Shown in pieces: positions 49,693-58,318 of a DNA stretch of 61,021 nt. The notes under the pieces were generated by a model. That model did no database searches. It was not told the origin of the DNA and saw only the letters and a program-made list of their open reading frames with translations. The number at the start of each line of letters is the position of its first letter. Position 1 is the stretch's first letter. The DNA is from Candidatus Alectryobacillus sp. (GTDB taxonomy: Bacteria; Bacillota_I; Bacilli_A; RFN20; CAG-826). The position numbers and the translations under genes are program-made. Where the stretch lies: positions 1-61,021 of the forward strand of contig DAINNH010000004.1 in the NCBI GenBank assembly GCA_036735985.1, given 5' to 3'.

Positions 49693-52011
49693 ATGGAAAA
49701 ACAAGAAATCGCATTATTAAGTAACGCCGAATTTACAAAGACTGCAGAAGAGATGAAAAAGTCTTATCAGACTTTACTTGAAAATAAAATTAAGTTAATT
49801 CAATTGCAAAATAAAAAAGGAGCCTTGTCTAAAGATGAAAATTCTCAAGATAAACTCACTAAAATTGAAACTGAAATTATCAATTTAAAAGAAGTAATTG
49901 CTACTGCTGAGTCGAAAATAAAAGACGACGCTACAACAAGCTATAAAGCCGTTAAGGCTGCTTGGGTTATCGAGAAAAAGGCAATTGATGAACAATATAA
50001 AGCCGATTTAGCGGCTTTAAGTGCTAAATATCAAGAAAAAGTCGCTAGTATCGATAAAAAAAATAAAGAAGAATTATTTAAAGCAAAATTACAATTTGGC
50101 CATGAAACTGGTGAAATTATTAATGCTCGTCACAATAAATATCTTCAATATTATTGTTTAGTTAATACCATTCTTAACTTTAAACTTCCAGTTTTAGATG
50201 CTTTAAAGCTTAAACTTGAAAGAATGGAATATCGCGCAGCTTTATCTAAACACAAATATTTAGATATATTTGAAGAAGATAAAGAAGTCAATGAAACAAG
50301 TCTTGCTAAAGCGAACTTAGCAAAATGTGAATCATTACGTAAGGATTCCATTTATGCCGTCTCTGATCTTGAGGAAGAAATAGCTTCATTAAAGAACAAT
50401 AAGCAAATTGATGATAATACTAAAGTTACTATCATTGCTAATGATAAAGATCGCATTAAAGAAGCAAAAGCTCGTAAAGTTTTTCAAAGACACGAATTAC
50501 GCTACTTCATTGCTGAAGCCGCTACTTTCATTAAGATTGATGACAATAGCCGTTATGTTCTTAAAAAACGTGAAGTCAAAGCTACACTAGCTAAAGAGAA
50601 TAACGATTATAAAGAATTATCTAAAAAAATCGAAGAAGAACATCTTCAAAACGTTACTCAAATCAACGCCGGGCATCAACCTGAAATTGTCGGAGCTGGT
50701 GAAGATAAAGTAGCTCTTAAAAAAGCTCAAGATTCATTAAAAGATGAATTACGTGATGAAAAGTTCTCGTATAAATCAAAAGTTCAAGACGCCAAACGTG
50801 CTCACATGGAAGTTATTGCCAAGAATAAAGATGAACTTCATTCTATTTATCTTGAAAAATTCAACTATTTAACTAACCTTCGTGGTGGCAAAGTCAGTTA
50901 TTTCGAAAATACTGAATATAAGTTTAAAGAATATGCTTACAAATTCAATGCTGCGAAATTCTTTACAAATAATGCTTTGTACATTATTATTTCGTTAGCT
51001 CTTATCGTTGGTATTATTCTTTCTGGCTTCAACTCAACCTATACAAGTTGGTCAACTGATTATTGGATCTTAACATGGCCAAATATCTGGTCATTATTAG
51101 AGCAATGTTCATCTCGTATCTTCTTTGCTCTTGGTGTTGCCGGCTTAATCTTACTCGCTGGTACCGACCTCTCAATTGGTCGTATGCTCGGTATGGGTTC
51201 TGTCGTTACAGCAATGATTCTCCATCCAGGTGATAACGTTATTCAAGTCTTTGGCTTAGCTAAAATGAATTTTGATTCTTGGCCAATGGCTTCTCGTATT
51301 ATTCTTGCTATTTTAATCTCTGTTGTTTTATGTACAATATTCTCATCTATTGCTGGTTTCTTCTCCGCAAAGTTCAAGATGCACCCATTCATTTCAACCT
51401 TATCAACTCAACTTATTATTTATGGTTTAATGATGGTTGCGACAAAAGGTGTTAATAGTGGTACTATTGATAACTCAATTAAAGCCTCTACGGATGGTAG
51501 CCTTACCTTTGGTGGCACATTATCAAATGCTGGCTTCTTAACTGGTTTCCCAATTCTATTTGTCTATACACTTATTGCCATCTTAATTATTTCATTTATT
51601 TGGAATAAGACTAAGTTTGGTAAGAACATGTACGCTGTCGGTGGTAACGCTGAAGCCGCAAGTGTCTCAGGTATTTCTGTATTCTGGACAACTCTTGGTG
51701 TCTTCATTCTTGCTGGTATCTGCTATGGTTTCGGTTCATTCTTTGAAACTGTTAGATCAGGTGTTGGTAGTGCTAATACCGGATTCGGCTGGGAACTTGA
51801 TGCTATTGCTGCTTGTGTTGTTGGTGGTATTTCATTCAATGGTGGTATTGGTAAAATTAAAGGTGCCGTCATTGGTGTCTTCATCTTCCAAGGCTTGACA
51901 TACGTTCTTTCTTACATTGGAGTCGATGTCAATACACAATTCATTATTAAAGGTATCATTCTCTTAACTGCTGTTACACTTGACTGTATCAAATATATTA
52001 AGAAGAAGTAA
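49693..52011 (+). CDS. mglC: Galactoside ABC transporter permease with about 425-aa helical N-terminal extension
   Basis: C-terminal permease (GTDLSIGR, KFGKNMYAVGGN.EAA, G.ELDAIAACVVGGISF.GG.G); K/E/A-rich N-terminus. ATG 49693 from SD AAGGAG. Confidence 0.88.
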   Translation: MEKQEIALLSNAEFTKTAEEMKKSYQTLLENKIKLIQLQNKKGALSKDENSQDKLTKIETEIINLKEVIATAESKIKDDATTSYKAVKAAWVIEKKAIDEQYKADLAALSAKYQEKVASIDKKNKEELFKAKLQFGHETGEIINARHNKYLQYYCLVNTILNFKLPVLDALKLKLERMEYRAALSKHKYLDIFEEDKEVNETSLAKANLAKCESLRKDSIYAVSDLEEEIASLKNNKQIDDNTKVTIIANDKDRIKEAKARKVFQRHELRYFIAEAATFIKIDDNSRYVLKKREVKATLAKENNDYKELSKKIEEEHLQNVTQINAGHQPEIVGAGEDKVALKKAQDSLKDELRDEKFSYKSKVQDAKRAHMEVIAKNKDELHSIYLEKFNYLTNLRGGKVSYFENTEYKFKEYAYKFNAAKFFTNNALYIIISLALIVGIILSGFNSTYTSWSTDYWILTWPNIWSLLEQCSSRIFFALGVAGLILLAGTDLSIGRMLGMGSVVTAMILHPGDNVIQVFGLAKMNFDSWPMASRIILAILISVVLCTIFSSIAGFFSAKFKMHPFISTLSTQLIIYGLMMVATKGVNSGTIDNSIKASTDGSLTFGGTLSNAGFLTGFPILFVYTLIAILIISFIWNKTKFGKNMYAVGGNAEAASVSGISVFWTTLGVFILAGICYGFGSFFETVRSGVGSANTGFGWELDAIAACVVGGISFNGGIGKIKGAVIGVFIFQGLTYVLSYIGVDVNTQFIIKGIILLTAVTLDCIKYIKKK

Positions 52012-52028
52012 TTCTTAATCAATAAAAT

Positions 52029-52060
52029 AAAGGCATTTCCGTTCTGGAAATGCCTTTTTT
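52029..52060. terminator. Intrinsic terminator (bidirectional)
   Basis: AAAGGCATTTCC-gttct-GGAAATGCCTTT plus T tract, between convergent genes. Confidence 0.85.
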
Positions 52061-52126
52061 AATAAACCTGCAAAAATAGTGTATTTGAGAAATTGTTTTA
52101 TAAAAGCAATGCAATTCTTAAATATT

Positions 52127-53026
52127 TTACTTTTGTAATTCCGCAACATAATTGCGTTCAATTAAATTTTTTGCAAAGTTAAGAGATTGCATAAAGTTGC
52201 CATATTTTACTCCTTCATTAAGAGCAAATATTTGAGTAGAATAGCCTAATAAGAAGTAACCATTACTTATCATATTATAATCAAAAGTATTGCCTAAAAA
52301 TTTATTAACATCTTTTAAAAGCCAATTACCAAATTTAAAGAAAACTGATTTGTCAATTTCCACCTTGCGAGCGGCATTATAACAAGAAAACGTACCACGA
52401 GCTGTACTAATAACAATATTAGCTGTTCTAGAATCGGTGATAATTAAGTCACTTGTGCCATTTAAAAAAGTTTCATAACTCGTAACACCTAAATTAGTTG
52501 TCCCATCTTCAAGTTTAATATTGCTAAAATCATAATTATCAAAGCAACTAAAATTAATACGTCTTAAGCCTACAACTTTACGTAAGAAAACATATCCATA
52601 GTGATATAAATCACTAATCTTTTTCTCATCTAATGTATTATTGATACCACAATCTAATAATAATGTTGCTTTATTAAAGACTTTAGTCGAATAAAGCAAA
52701 GCATAAGCTTTTGTATCACAAATGGAAGTAAATTCTTCTTCAGCTTTTTTGGCAATTTCTTCACGTGATCCAAAGGTCAATAAAGCCTCTGCGTTAAGTG
52801 TTTTAGCTTGTTTAATTGCTTCGTTGAGATAATCTTCATCCGTTCCGTTTTGTGACATATCTATGACTTTTATGCCTTGTGTTTCTTTCAAAGAAACATT
52901 GTCTTTTTCATTGCCAACACAAATAATATTGTAAAGGGGGTTATGATGAGCAAAAACCTTTAAAACTTGCTTTAAATCATTAATTCCTTGCGCTTTTAGA
53001 CCTAAATTAATTACAATCGTTTTCAT
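52127..53026 (-). CDS. Divergent PlsX-like protein
   Basis: LLLDCGIN (cf. LLD.GAN), DLIITDSRTANIV (cf. DVVVTDGFTGNV), FDY...NGYFLLG (cf. .DY...GGA.LLG); DAMGGD and NIG.E..KG motifs absent. Confidence 0.6.
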   Translation of the reverse strand: MKTIVINLGLKAQGINDLKQVLKVFAHHNPLYNIICVGNEKDNVSLKETQGIKVIDMSQNGTDEDYLNEAIKQAKTLNAEALLTFGSREEIAKKAEEEFTSICDTKAYALLYSTKVFNKATLLLDCGINNTLDEKKISDLYHYGYVFLRKVVGLRRINFSCFDNYDFSNIKLEDGTTNLGVTSYETFLNGTSDLIITDSRTANIVISTARGTFSCYNAARKVEIDKSVFFKFGNWLLKDVNKFLGNTFDYNMISNGYFLLGYSTQIFALNEGVKYGNFMQSLNFAKNLIERNYVAELQK

Positions 53027-53185
53027 ATTTTCACCTTTATTTTATTATACAATAACAAGAACTCAACACATATAGAATAAAAGAGAATTTTCTCTTAAAA
53101 AAATCTACAATTTGACATGATTTGGGAATAAATATTTTTAACATAAACAATAGAAACTTGTTAAAATATTAAGGAGGACAAAGAT

Positions 53186-53725
53186 ATGAAAGCATTAATG
53201 ATTATTACGAATGGTTTTGAAGAAGTAGAAGCTGTCGGAACAATCGGCATTTTTCGACGAGCCCATCTTGAGATGGATGTCGCCTCCCTTCATGAGCATT
53301 CTGCCAAAGGTCGTTTTGGAGTGGTGGTTTCGGAATTAAAAAATATTAAAGAAATTAACCCAAAGAATTATGATTGTTTAATTATTCCTGGTGGTCCGGA
53401 ATATGTTGAATTTGAAGCTAGCAAAGAAGTTAAAGATTTAATTCTTTATTTTCATAATAACAATAAATATATCGCAGCAATTTGTGCTGCGCCGACTATA
53501 CTTGGTCATATGGGTTTGCTTAAAGGCAAAAACTATGTTTGCTTTAAATCAATGAATGAAGATTTTGGCGGAACATTCGTTGACCAATATTCAGTAGTGG
53601 ATGGTAAACTCATTACGGGAATAAGTGCCGCCGGAACGATAGATTTTGCACTAAATATTGTTGAAGCACTGGGCGGAAAAGAGCTCAAAGAAAAAGAAAT
53701 AACCTCAATTTATTATCGTAAATAA
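53186..53725 (+). CDS. DJ-1/PfpI (YajL/ThiJ) family protein
   Basis: GFEEVEA, IIPGG, AAICAAP nucleophile Cys; SD AAGGAGG. Confidence 0.9.
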   Translation: MKALMIITNGFEEVEAVGTIGIFRRAHLEMDVASLHEHSAKGRFGVVVSELKNIKEINPKNYDCLIIPGGPEYVEFEASKEVKDLILYFHNNNKYIAAICAAPTILGHMGLLKGKNYVCFKSMNEDFGGTFVDQYSVVDGKLITGISAAGTIDFALNIVEALGGKELKEKEITSIYYRK

Positions 53726-53728
53726 AAC

Positions 53729-53760
53729 AAAAACAAGAACCATTATGGTTCTTGTTTTTT
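53729..53760. terminator. Bidirectional intrinsic terminator
   Basis: AAAAACAAGAACCA-tta-TGGTTCTTGTTTTT. Confidence 0.85.
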
Positions 53761-53777
53761 TATGAAATTATTCTTAA

Positions 53778-54467
53778 CTAAAATATAATCCCGTCGTTAC
53801 TTGCCATCATTATTAATGGTATTGTAATCATGGCTAAAGCTACTAGATAAGTAAGCATAATGTAGAAGTTTTCGCGTTTAAAGTGCTTATTAATAGTGGT
53901 GTTGGCAACTAAAAAATCACTGGCAATAAATACTATATAGCCAGTTCCAATAATTGATCCACTAATAACTTCTCCATATTTAATTAAAACAAAAGCAATA
54001 ATTAAGTTTGTTAACATAAGTCCTAAATAAATTGGGCTTAAACCCATAATAATTAATGGTTTATTTTTATTTATTAAGACATTCACAACGCAGGCAATAA
54101 CAACCACGATAGGGATAATAATATAAAAATAATAAGGAATAACAGTGTATTTATTTAGAATAAGCATTAATGTTGTTAAAAATGCAATATGCATTAATCC
54201 AAATAGTGAAGTCCCAATTAACAGCATTTTATTGGTATTGGTATTTCTTCTAAATAATAAGAAATAATCACCTACACATCCAATTAAAACACCAACATAA
54301 ACTAATGGTTGACGTGGTTCAAGAAATATCAAAGATATGGCTAAAAGGAAAGAACAAGGACATTTAAAAATCATTCGGTATTTTTCATTTTCATTATAAG
54401 AAAAATAAATTTCAAATGCCCCAGCTACTAAAAACAAAGCAAAGAAAATGTAAAAACCGATTAACAT
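53778..54467 (-). CDS. YhhN / lysoplasmalogenase family membrane protein
   Basis: FKC, GDYFLL, F..H..F, F..SDFL, M.TY.. pattern across 7-8 TMs. Confidence 0.75.
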   Translation of the reverse strand: MLIGFYIFFALFLVAGAFEIYFSYNENEKYRMIFKCPCSFLLAISLIFLEPRQPLVYVGVLIGCVGDYFLLFRRNTNTNKMLLIGTSLFGLMHIAFLTTLMLILNKYTVIPYYFYIIIPIVVVIACVVNVLINKNKPLIIMGLSPIYLGLMLTNLIIAFVLIKYGEVISGSIIGTGYIVFIASDFLVANTTINKHFKRENFYIMLTYLVALAMITIPLIMMASNDGIIF

Positions 54468-54470
54468 ATT

Positions 54471-55457
54471 TTAATCCTCACCTGCATGACGACCTTTAGA
54501 TAATGATTTTAAGATCTCTTGTGGTTTATCAAAGGTCACCATACGATTAATATCCGCATCCGTTAAATATGTTATAGTATTTTTGCCATTATGTTTTGAC
54601 ATATACATAGCAATATCTGCGAAAATTAAAGCATTTTCCCCTTTGTATAAATCAGAGGCTGGTTGGTAATAAATATATCCAATTGAAGCACTAACCTTTC
54701 GTGTTGGAATAAATATTTCTGAAATACAAGTTTGGATTTTTTTAATATATAATTCTAAAGTTTTTCTAGTAATAGGTTTAGCTGTCATAAAGATAAATTC
54801 ATCACCAGACTTACGATACACAATAATGTTTTCATCCGAAACTTCAGCAATAATTCTACGACCAATTTCTGAAAGAACTTCATCGCCTTTATTATGACCA
54901 TAAGTATCATTAATGTCCTTAAAATTATCAACATCAAAAACCCCTAAGTACTGATTCTTTGTACATATCTTAAAATGATATTTAAAAGTGGTGTAATTAA
55001 ATAAACCCGAAAGCATATCTTTATAAGATTGTGAATAAAGATCTTCCATATTAAAAAGCCTAGTATCAAGTTTTTCCATTACAAAATACATAATATTATT
55101 TTCAGGAAAACGATAAGTTTTTAAAGTAAAGAAATATTTAACGCCTTCAAAATTTAAAGGTAAATAGAAGTCACCATATTGATTGGTTGAACCAAGTTCT
55201 TCTCTAAATTCTTTTAACAAGAGTTCAATACCACTTAACTCACACATTTCACTCTTACGATCAATATGTTCCAATAAATAATTTAAATTAGGAATAGTAT
55301 CATCAATACCAAAACTAGCAAAATCCGAAAAAACCAAATTAATAGGATTAGTTAAAACATTTCCTATTAACTGGGCACTAAAAATTACAATATTTTTATT
55401 TGCTAAAAATATATCATTTAATAAATCTACAGATGAATTTTTATCATTGTCTTTCAT
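54471..55457 (-). CDS. GGDEF-domain protein (SGDEF variant)
   Basis: DMLSGLFN, FDVDNFKDINDTYGH.KGDEVL, YRKSGDEF, SASIG, ADIAMYMSK..GKN. Confidence 0.85.
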   Translation of the reverse strand: MKDNDKNSSVDLLNDIFLANKNIVIFSAQLIGNVLTNPINLVFSDFASFGIDDTIPNLNYLLEHIDRKSEMCELSGIELLLKEFREELGSTNQYGDFYLPLNFEGVKYFFTLKTYRFPENNIMYFVMEKLDTRLFNMEDLYSQSYKDMLSGLFNYTTFKYHFKICTKNQYLGVFDVDNFKDINDTYGHNKGDEVLSEIGRRIIAEVSDENIIVYRKSGDEFIFMTAKPITRKTLELYIKKIQTCISEIFIPTRKVSASIGYIYYQPASDLYKGENALIFADIAMYMSKHNGKNTITYLTDADINRMVTFDKPQEILKSLSKGRHAGED

Positions 55458-55508
55458 ATTTTGTTATACATATTTTACTTTAAAATGCTGCAATAATAAA
55501 TATAATTT

Positions 55509-55982
55509 TCATTTAAAGTATTTATCAATATAAACGTATTCGTCATAACACTTTAAAACATCAGGTGTTGGAATTTCAAACTTCTCAAAAAGTTTAAGTA
55601 AAACATCCTCTGGAACGTATTTTAATGGATTTCTCTTTTTATTATTTTCAAGAATCTCATTTAAAGGTTTAGCAATAACGACTAAAGTACGAGTATCATA
55701 ATCTTTAGCGAGTTGAGCGTACTTAATTCGCAACGAATTTAAATCAATACACGCATCAAGAATAACAGTTACATCACTTAATAAAGCATATTCAAGAATT
55801 AATTTTTCAACCGTTTCCCAGACTTCAGCTTGTTTAGAAAAATCTTGGTATTGCCCAGTTATTTTATGTCGAACTTCATCGCTGGAAATTACTTTTGTTC
55901 CTGGATGAGTGGCGCAATATCTTTTTGCCCACGTAGATTTGCCACTACCTGGACAGGCCGAAAGAACGATAAATTTTTTCAT
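55509..55982 (-). CDS. AAA_33 / polynucleotide kinase-like P-loop protein
   Basis: ACPGSGKSTW Walker A, ISSDEVR, VILDA, N..R, VPEDV. Confidence 0.75.
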   Translation of the reverse strand: MKKFIVLSACPGSGKSTWAKRYCATHPGTKVISSDEVRHKITGQYQDFSKQAEVWETVEKLILEYALLSDVTVILDACIDLNSLRIKYAQLAKDYDTRTLVVIAKPLNEILENNKKRNPLKYVPEDVLLKLFEKFEIPTPDVLKCYDEYVYIDKYFK

Positions 55983-56107
55983 ACCTTATCATTATATGAT
56001 AAAAATACCTAAACCCCAAACCTCATTTTAAATATTTTACCCTAAAAAAATTATGGGTTTTTGATATAAACCAAAAACCCTGCTAACCCTTAATTATTTT
56101 AGTATTT

Positions 56108-57286
56108 TTAGCCAATATAGTTTTCATCAAAATTGATGACTACTTGGTATTTATTATTAACTTTTTGAATATTCTCTCGTACTATTTTAGCTAATGATGA
56201 AATTTCCATTTTAAAATCATTAGGAATAACTAAATCAAAAATTACATTTGTATGTGTTGGACCACTCACGACACGTAGATCATGGAAGGACAAACCTGGA
56301 TTAATTTCTTTTAAAGTATTTTCAATTACATCCTTTAACATTGGAAGTTCTGTTGAACGCGTATCAATTGGATCCATATGTACAGTTAATAAAACACCAT
56401 ATTTATTCTTAATATGTTGTTCAATTAAATCAACCATATCATGCGATTCAAACAAGTTTTTGTATCCATCTATTTCGACATGCACAGTCATAAAAACTTT
56501 AGTAGGACCATAAGAATGAACCATAACATCATGAACACCTAAGACGCCTTTATTACTTAAAATATCATTAATAATTGTCTTAACAAAATCACTATCTGGG
56601 GTCAATCCAATTAATGGTGAAGCCGTTTCACGAATCATTTTTATGCCTGAATACATAATAAATAAAGCTACGATAATACTAACACCAGCATCGAGCCACC
56701 ATAGATTTGGATAGAAAAATTGAAAAATACTCGCAATTAAAACACAACCAGTTGTAATGCAATCGTTAAATGAATCTTGCATTGAAGCTTTTAAAGTTAC
56801 ACTATTAATAGCCTTTCCTAAACCATAATAAAATAAACCTAGCACAACTTTGCCAATAATTGAAACACCTAAAATAACGAAAGCCCAAATATTATATTGG
56901 GTAACTTGTTCTTGAGCGATAAGTTTAGTAATAGATGTATATCCAAGTAAAACAGCAACTGCAATAATAACAAAAGAAATAATCATTCCGGCGATATATT
57001 CAATTCTTTCATGCCCATACGGATGATCTTTATCCGCTGGTTTTGAAGCAATTTTAAAACCGATTAAATTAACAAAACATGAAAATAAATCGGTTAAGTT
57101 ATTAATTGCGTCGCTAATAATTGACATTGATAAAGTTAATATACCAATTGTTAATTTAATCGCAAATAAAGTTAGATTCATGATTATGCCACCAATAGCA
57201 GCCATTACTCCATGGCTTTCACGAACCTTTTGGTTACCGATATCTTGATAATTTTTAATAAAAAGCTTTCTTAGAAACGTTATCAT
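56108..57286 (-). CDS. Cation diffusion facilitator (CDF) family transporter
   Basis: SDAINNLTD, KPADKDHPYGHERIEY, DS.ND, HD.MVH.YGP, VHVE, HMDP. Confidence 0.92.
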   Translation of the reverse strand: MITFLRKLFIKNYQDIGNQKVRESHGVMAAIGGIIMNLTLFAIKLTIGILTLSMSIISDAINNLTDLFSCFVNLIGFKIASKPADKDHPYGHERIEYIAGMIISFVIIAVAVLLGYTSITKLIAQEQVTQYNIWAFVILGVSIIGKVVLGLFYYGLGKAINSVTLKASMQDSFNDCITTGCVLIASIFQFFYPNLWWLDAGVSIIVALFIMYSGIKMIRETASPLIGLTPDSDFVKTIINDILSNKGVLGVHDVMVHSYGPTKVFMTVHVEIDGYKNLFESHDMVDLIEQHIKNKYGVLLTVHMDPIDTRSTELPMLKDVIENTLKEINPGLSFHDLRVVSGPTHTNVIFDLVIPNDFKMEISSLAKIVRENIQKVNNKYQVVINFDENYIG

Positions 57287-57419
57287 ATTTTATTAGTTTA
57301 AATACCTTTGCTTTTAAACATTACTAATTATTATTATATTACACAAAATAATTATCAAGAAATATTTAAGAATACTTTTACATTTATTAATAATTTGTGT
57401 TATTATAGTAAAGCAACAT

Positions 57420-57496
57420 TGCAGGGTAGAGCAGCCCGGTAGCTCGTCGGGCCCATAACCCGGAGGCCGCTGGTTCAAATCCAGCCCCTGCGACCA
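57420..57496 (+). tRNA. Initiator tRNA-fMet (CAT)
   Basis: Full cloverleaf ending ACCA; three G-C pairs in the anticodon stem, A11-T24, non-Watson-Crick 1-72 pair; extended -10 TGnTATTAT at 57398-57406. Confidence 0.93.
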
Positions 57497-57505
57497 AATA
57501 AATTT

Positions 57506-57529
57506 AACATCCTTCGGGATGTTTTTTTT
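57506..57529 (+). terminator. Intrinsic terminator after tRNA-fMet
   Basis: AACATCC-TTCG-GGATGTT followed by a T tract. Confidence 0.9.
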
Positions 57530-57699
57530 ATTTTCTAATTTCCAAAATAAACTAAATCTGCAAAGTAATTTAAATAAAAAGTCTCAAATAAAAGGCTTTT
57601 GTAAGGTTTTTTATATAAGATTGTTTCATATTTTTGCCTTGCTATAAATATTTTGTTCGCTTAGAATAAAAACAGTCAATATAGACATAAGGAGTGTTT

Positions 57700-58131
57700 A
57701 TGAAACCTTTAGATATTTATGGAGTGAAGAAAGATCTAACCTACACTTTAATATTCGCAGGAGCTAGTTTTATTCTTCCAATTCTATTTTCTATTTTTGC
57801 AGGATTAGGCTTTAGCGTCTACTTTGTTCCAGCCATTTTATCATTTATATTATTTCCATTATTGGATTTATATTTATTGTATGGTGCCTTTTTTAAATAT
57901 GACAAATATAAAAAGTTAAAAGGAACAACTCAAAAAATAAATATCTCTCGAGTTGTAAAACCATCAATTAAACCTGGATGTATTTTCGTAAAACTTGATG
58001 GTGATGATATAGATCACGAAGTCATTGGAAATCTTGATTCAAAATTTATTTTATCTTCCCGTTCTGGTGATCCAATTCAAGTATTTGTTAGCGAGCAAAA
58101 ACAAGTTATAATGTTAGAAAAACAAAATTAA
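57700..58131 (+). CDS. Hypothetical membrane protein (2 TM + soluble beta-rich C-terminus)
   Basis: SD AAGGAG before ATG 57700; two hydrophobic segments; followed by a terminator. Confidence 0.7.
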   Translation: MKPLDIYGVKKDLTYTLIFAGASFILPILFSIFAGLGFSVYFVPAILSFILFPLLDLYLLYGAFFKYDKYKKLKGTTQKINISRVVKPSIKPGCIFVKLDGDDIDHEVIGNLDSKFILSSRSGDPIQVFVSEQKQVIMLEKQN

Positions 58132-58147
58132 AAAATATTAAATAATT

Positions 58148-58178
58148 ACCGCTTTCGACAAAAGAAAGCGGTTTTTAT
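58148..58178 (+). terminator. Intrinsic terminator
   Basis: ACCGCTTTC-N7-GAAAGCGGT followed by TTTT. Confidence 0.8.
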
Positions 58179-58230
58179 TTTATTACAACATCCGTTTGTA
58201 TCGATATTTTTAAAATATTTTAAAAAATAT

Positions 58231-58257
58231 TTAGCAAACATATTGACAGAGTGCTAA
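58231..58257. promoter_or_regulatory. CIRCE element 1 (HrcA operator), contains the -35 box
   Basis: TTAGCAAAC-N9-GAGTGCTAA; N9 spacer contains TTGACA. Confidence 0.8.
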
Positions 58258-58270
58258 TTTAGTCTATAAT
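58243..58270 (+). promoter_or_regulatory. sigmaA promoter of hsp20
   Basis: TTGACA-N16-TATAAT, both boxes perfect consensus. Confidence 0.8.
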
Positions 58271-58274
58271 ATAG

Positions 58275-58301
58275 TTAGCACTTAGGAAATTAGAGTGCTA
58301 A
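58275..58301. promoter_or_regulatory. CIRCE element 2 (HrcA operator)
   Basis: TTAGCACTT-N9-GAGTGCTAA, between the -10 box and SD AGGAGG. Confidence 0.88.
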
Positions 58302-58318
58302 TTAGGAGGATATAGATT

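Noticed and set aside
56005-56092. Cluster of CCC/CCT tracts (AAACCCC, ACCCT, TAACCCT) resembling telomere-like or G-quadruplex repeats
   Set aside because: Tracts are irregularly spaced with long AT loops; GGGTTTTTG/CAAAAACCC is better explained as the CDF terminator stem.
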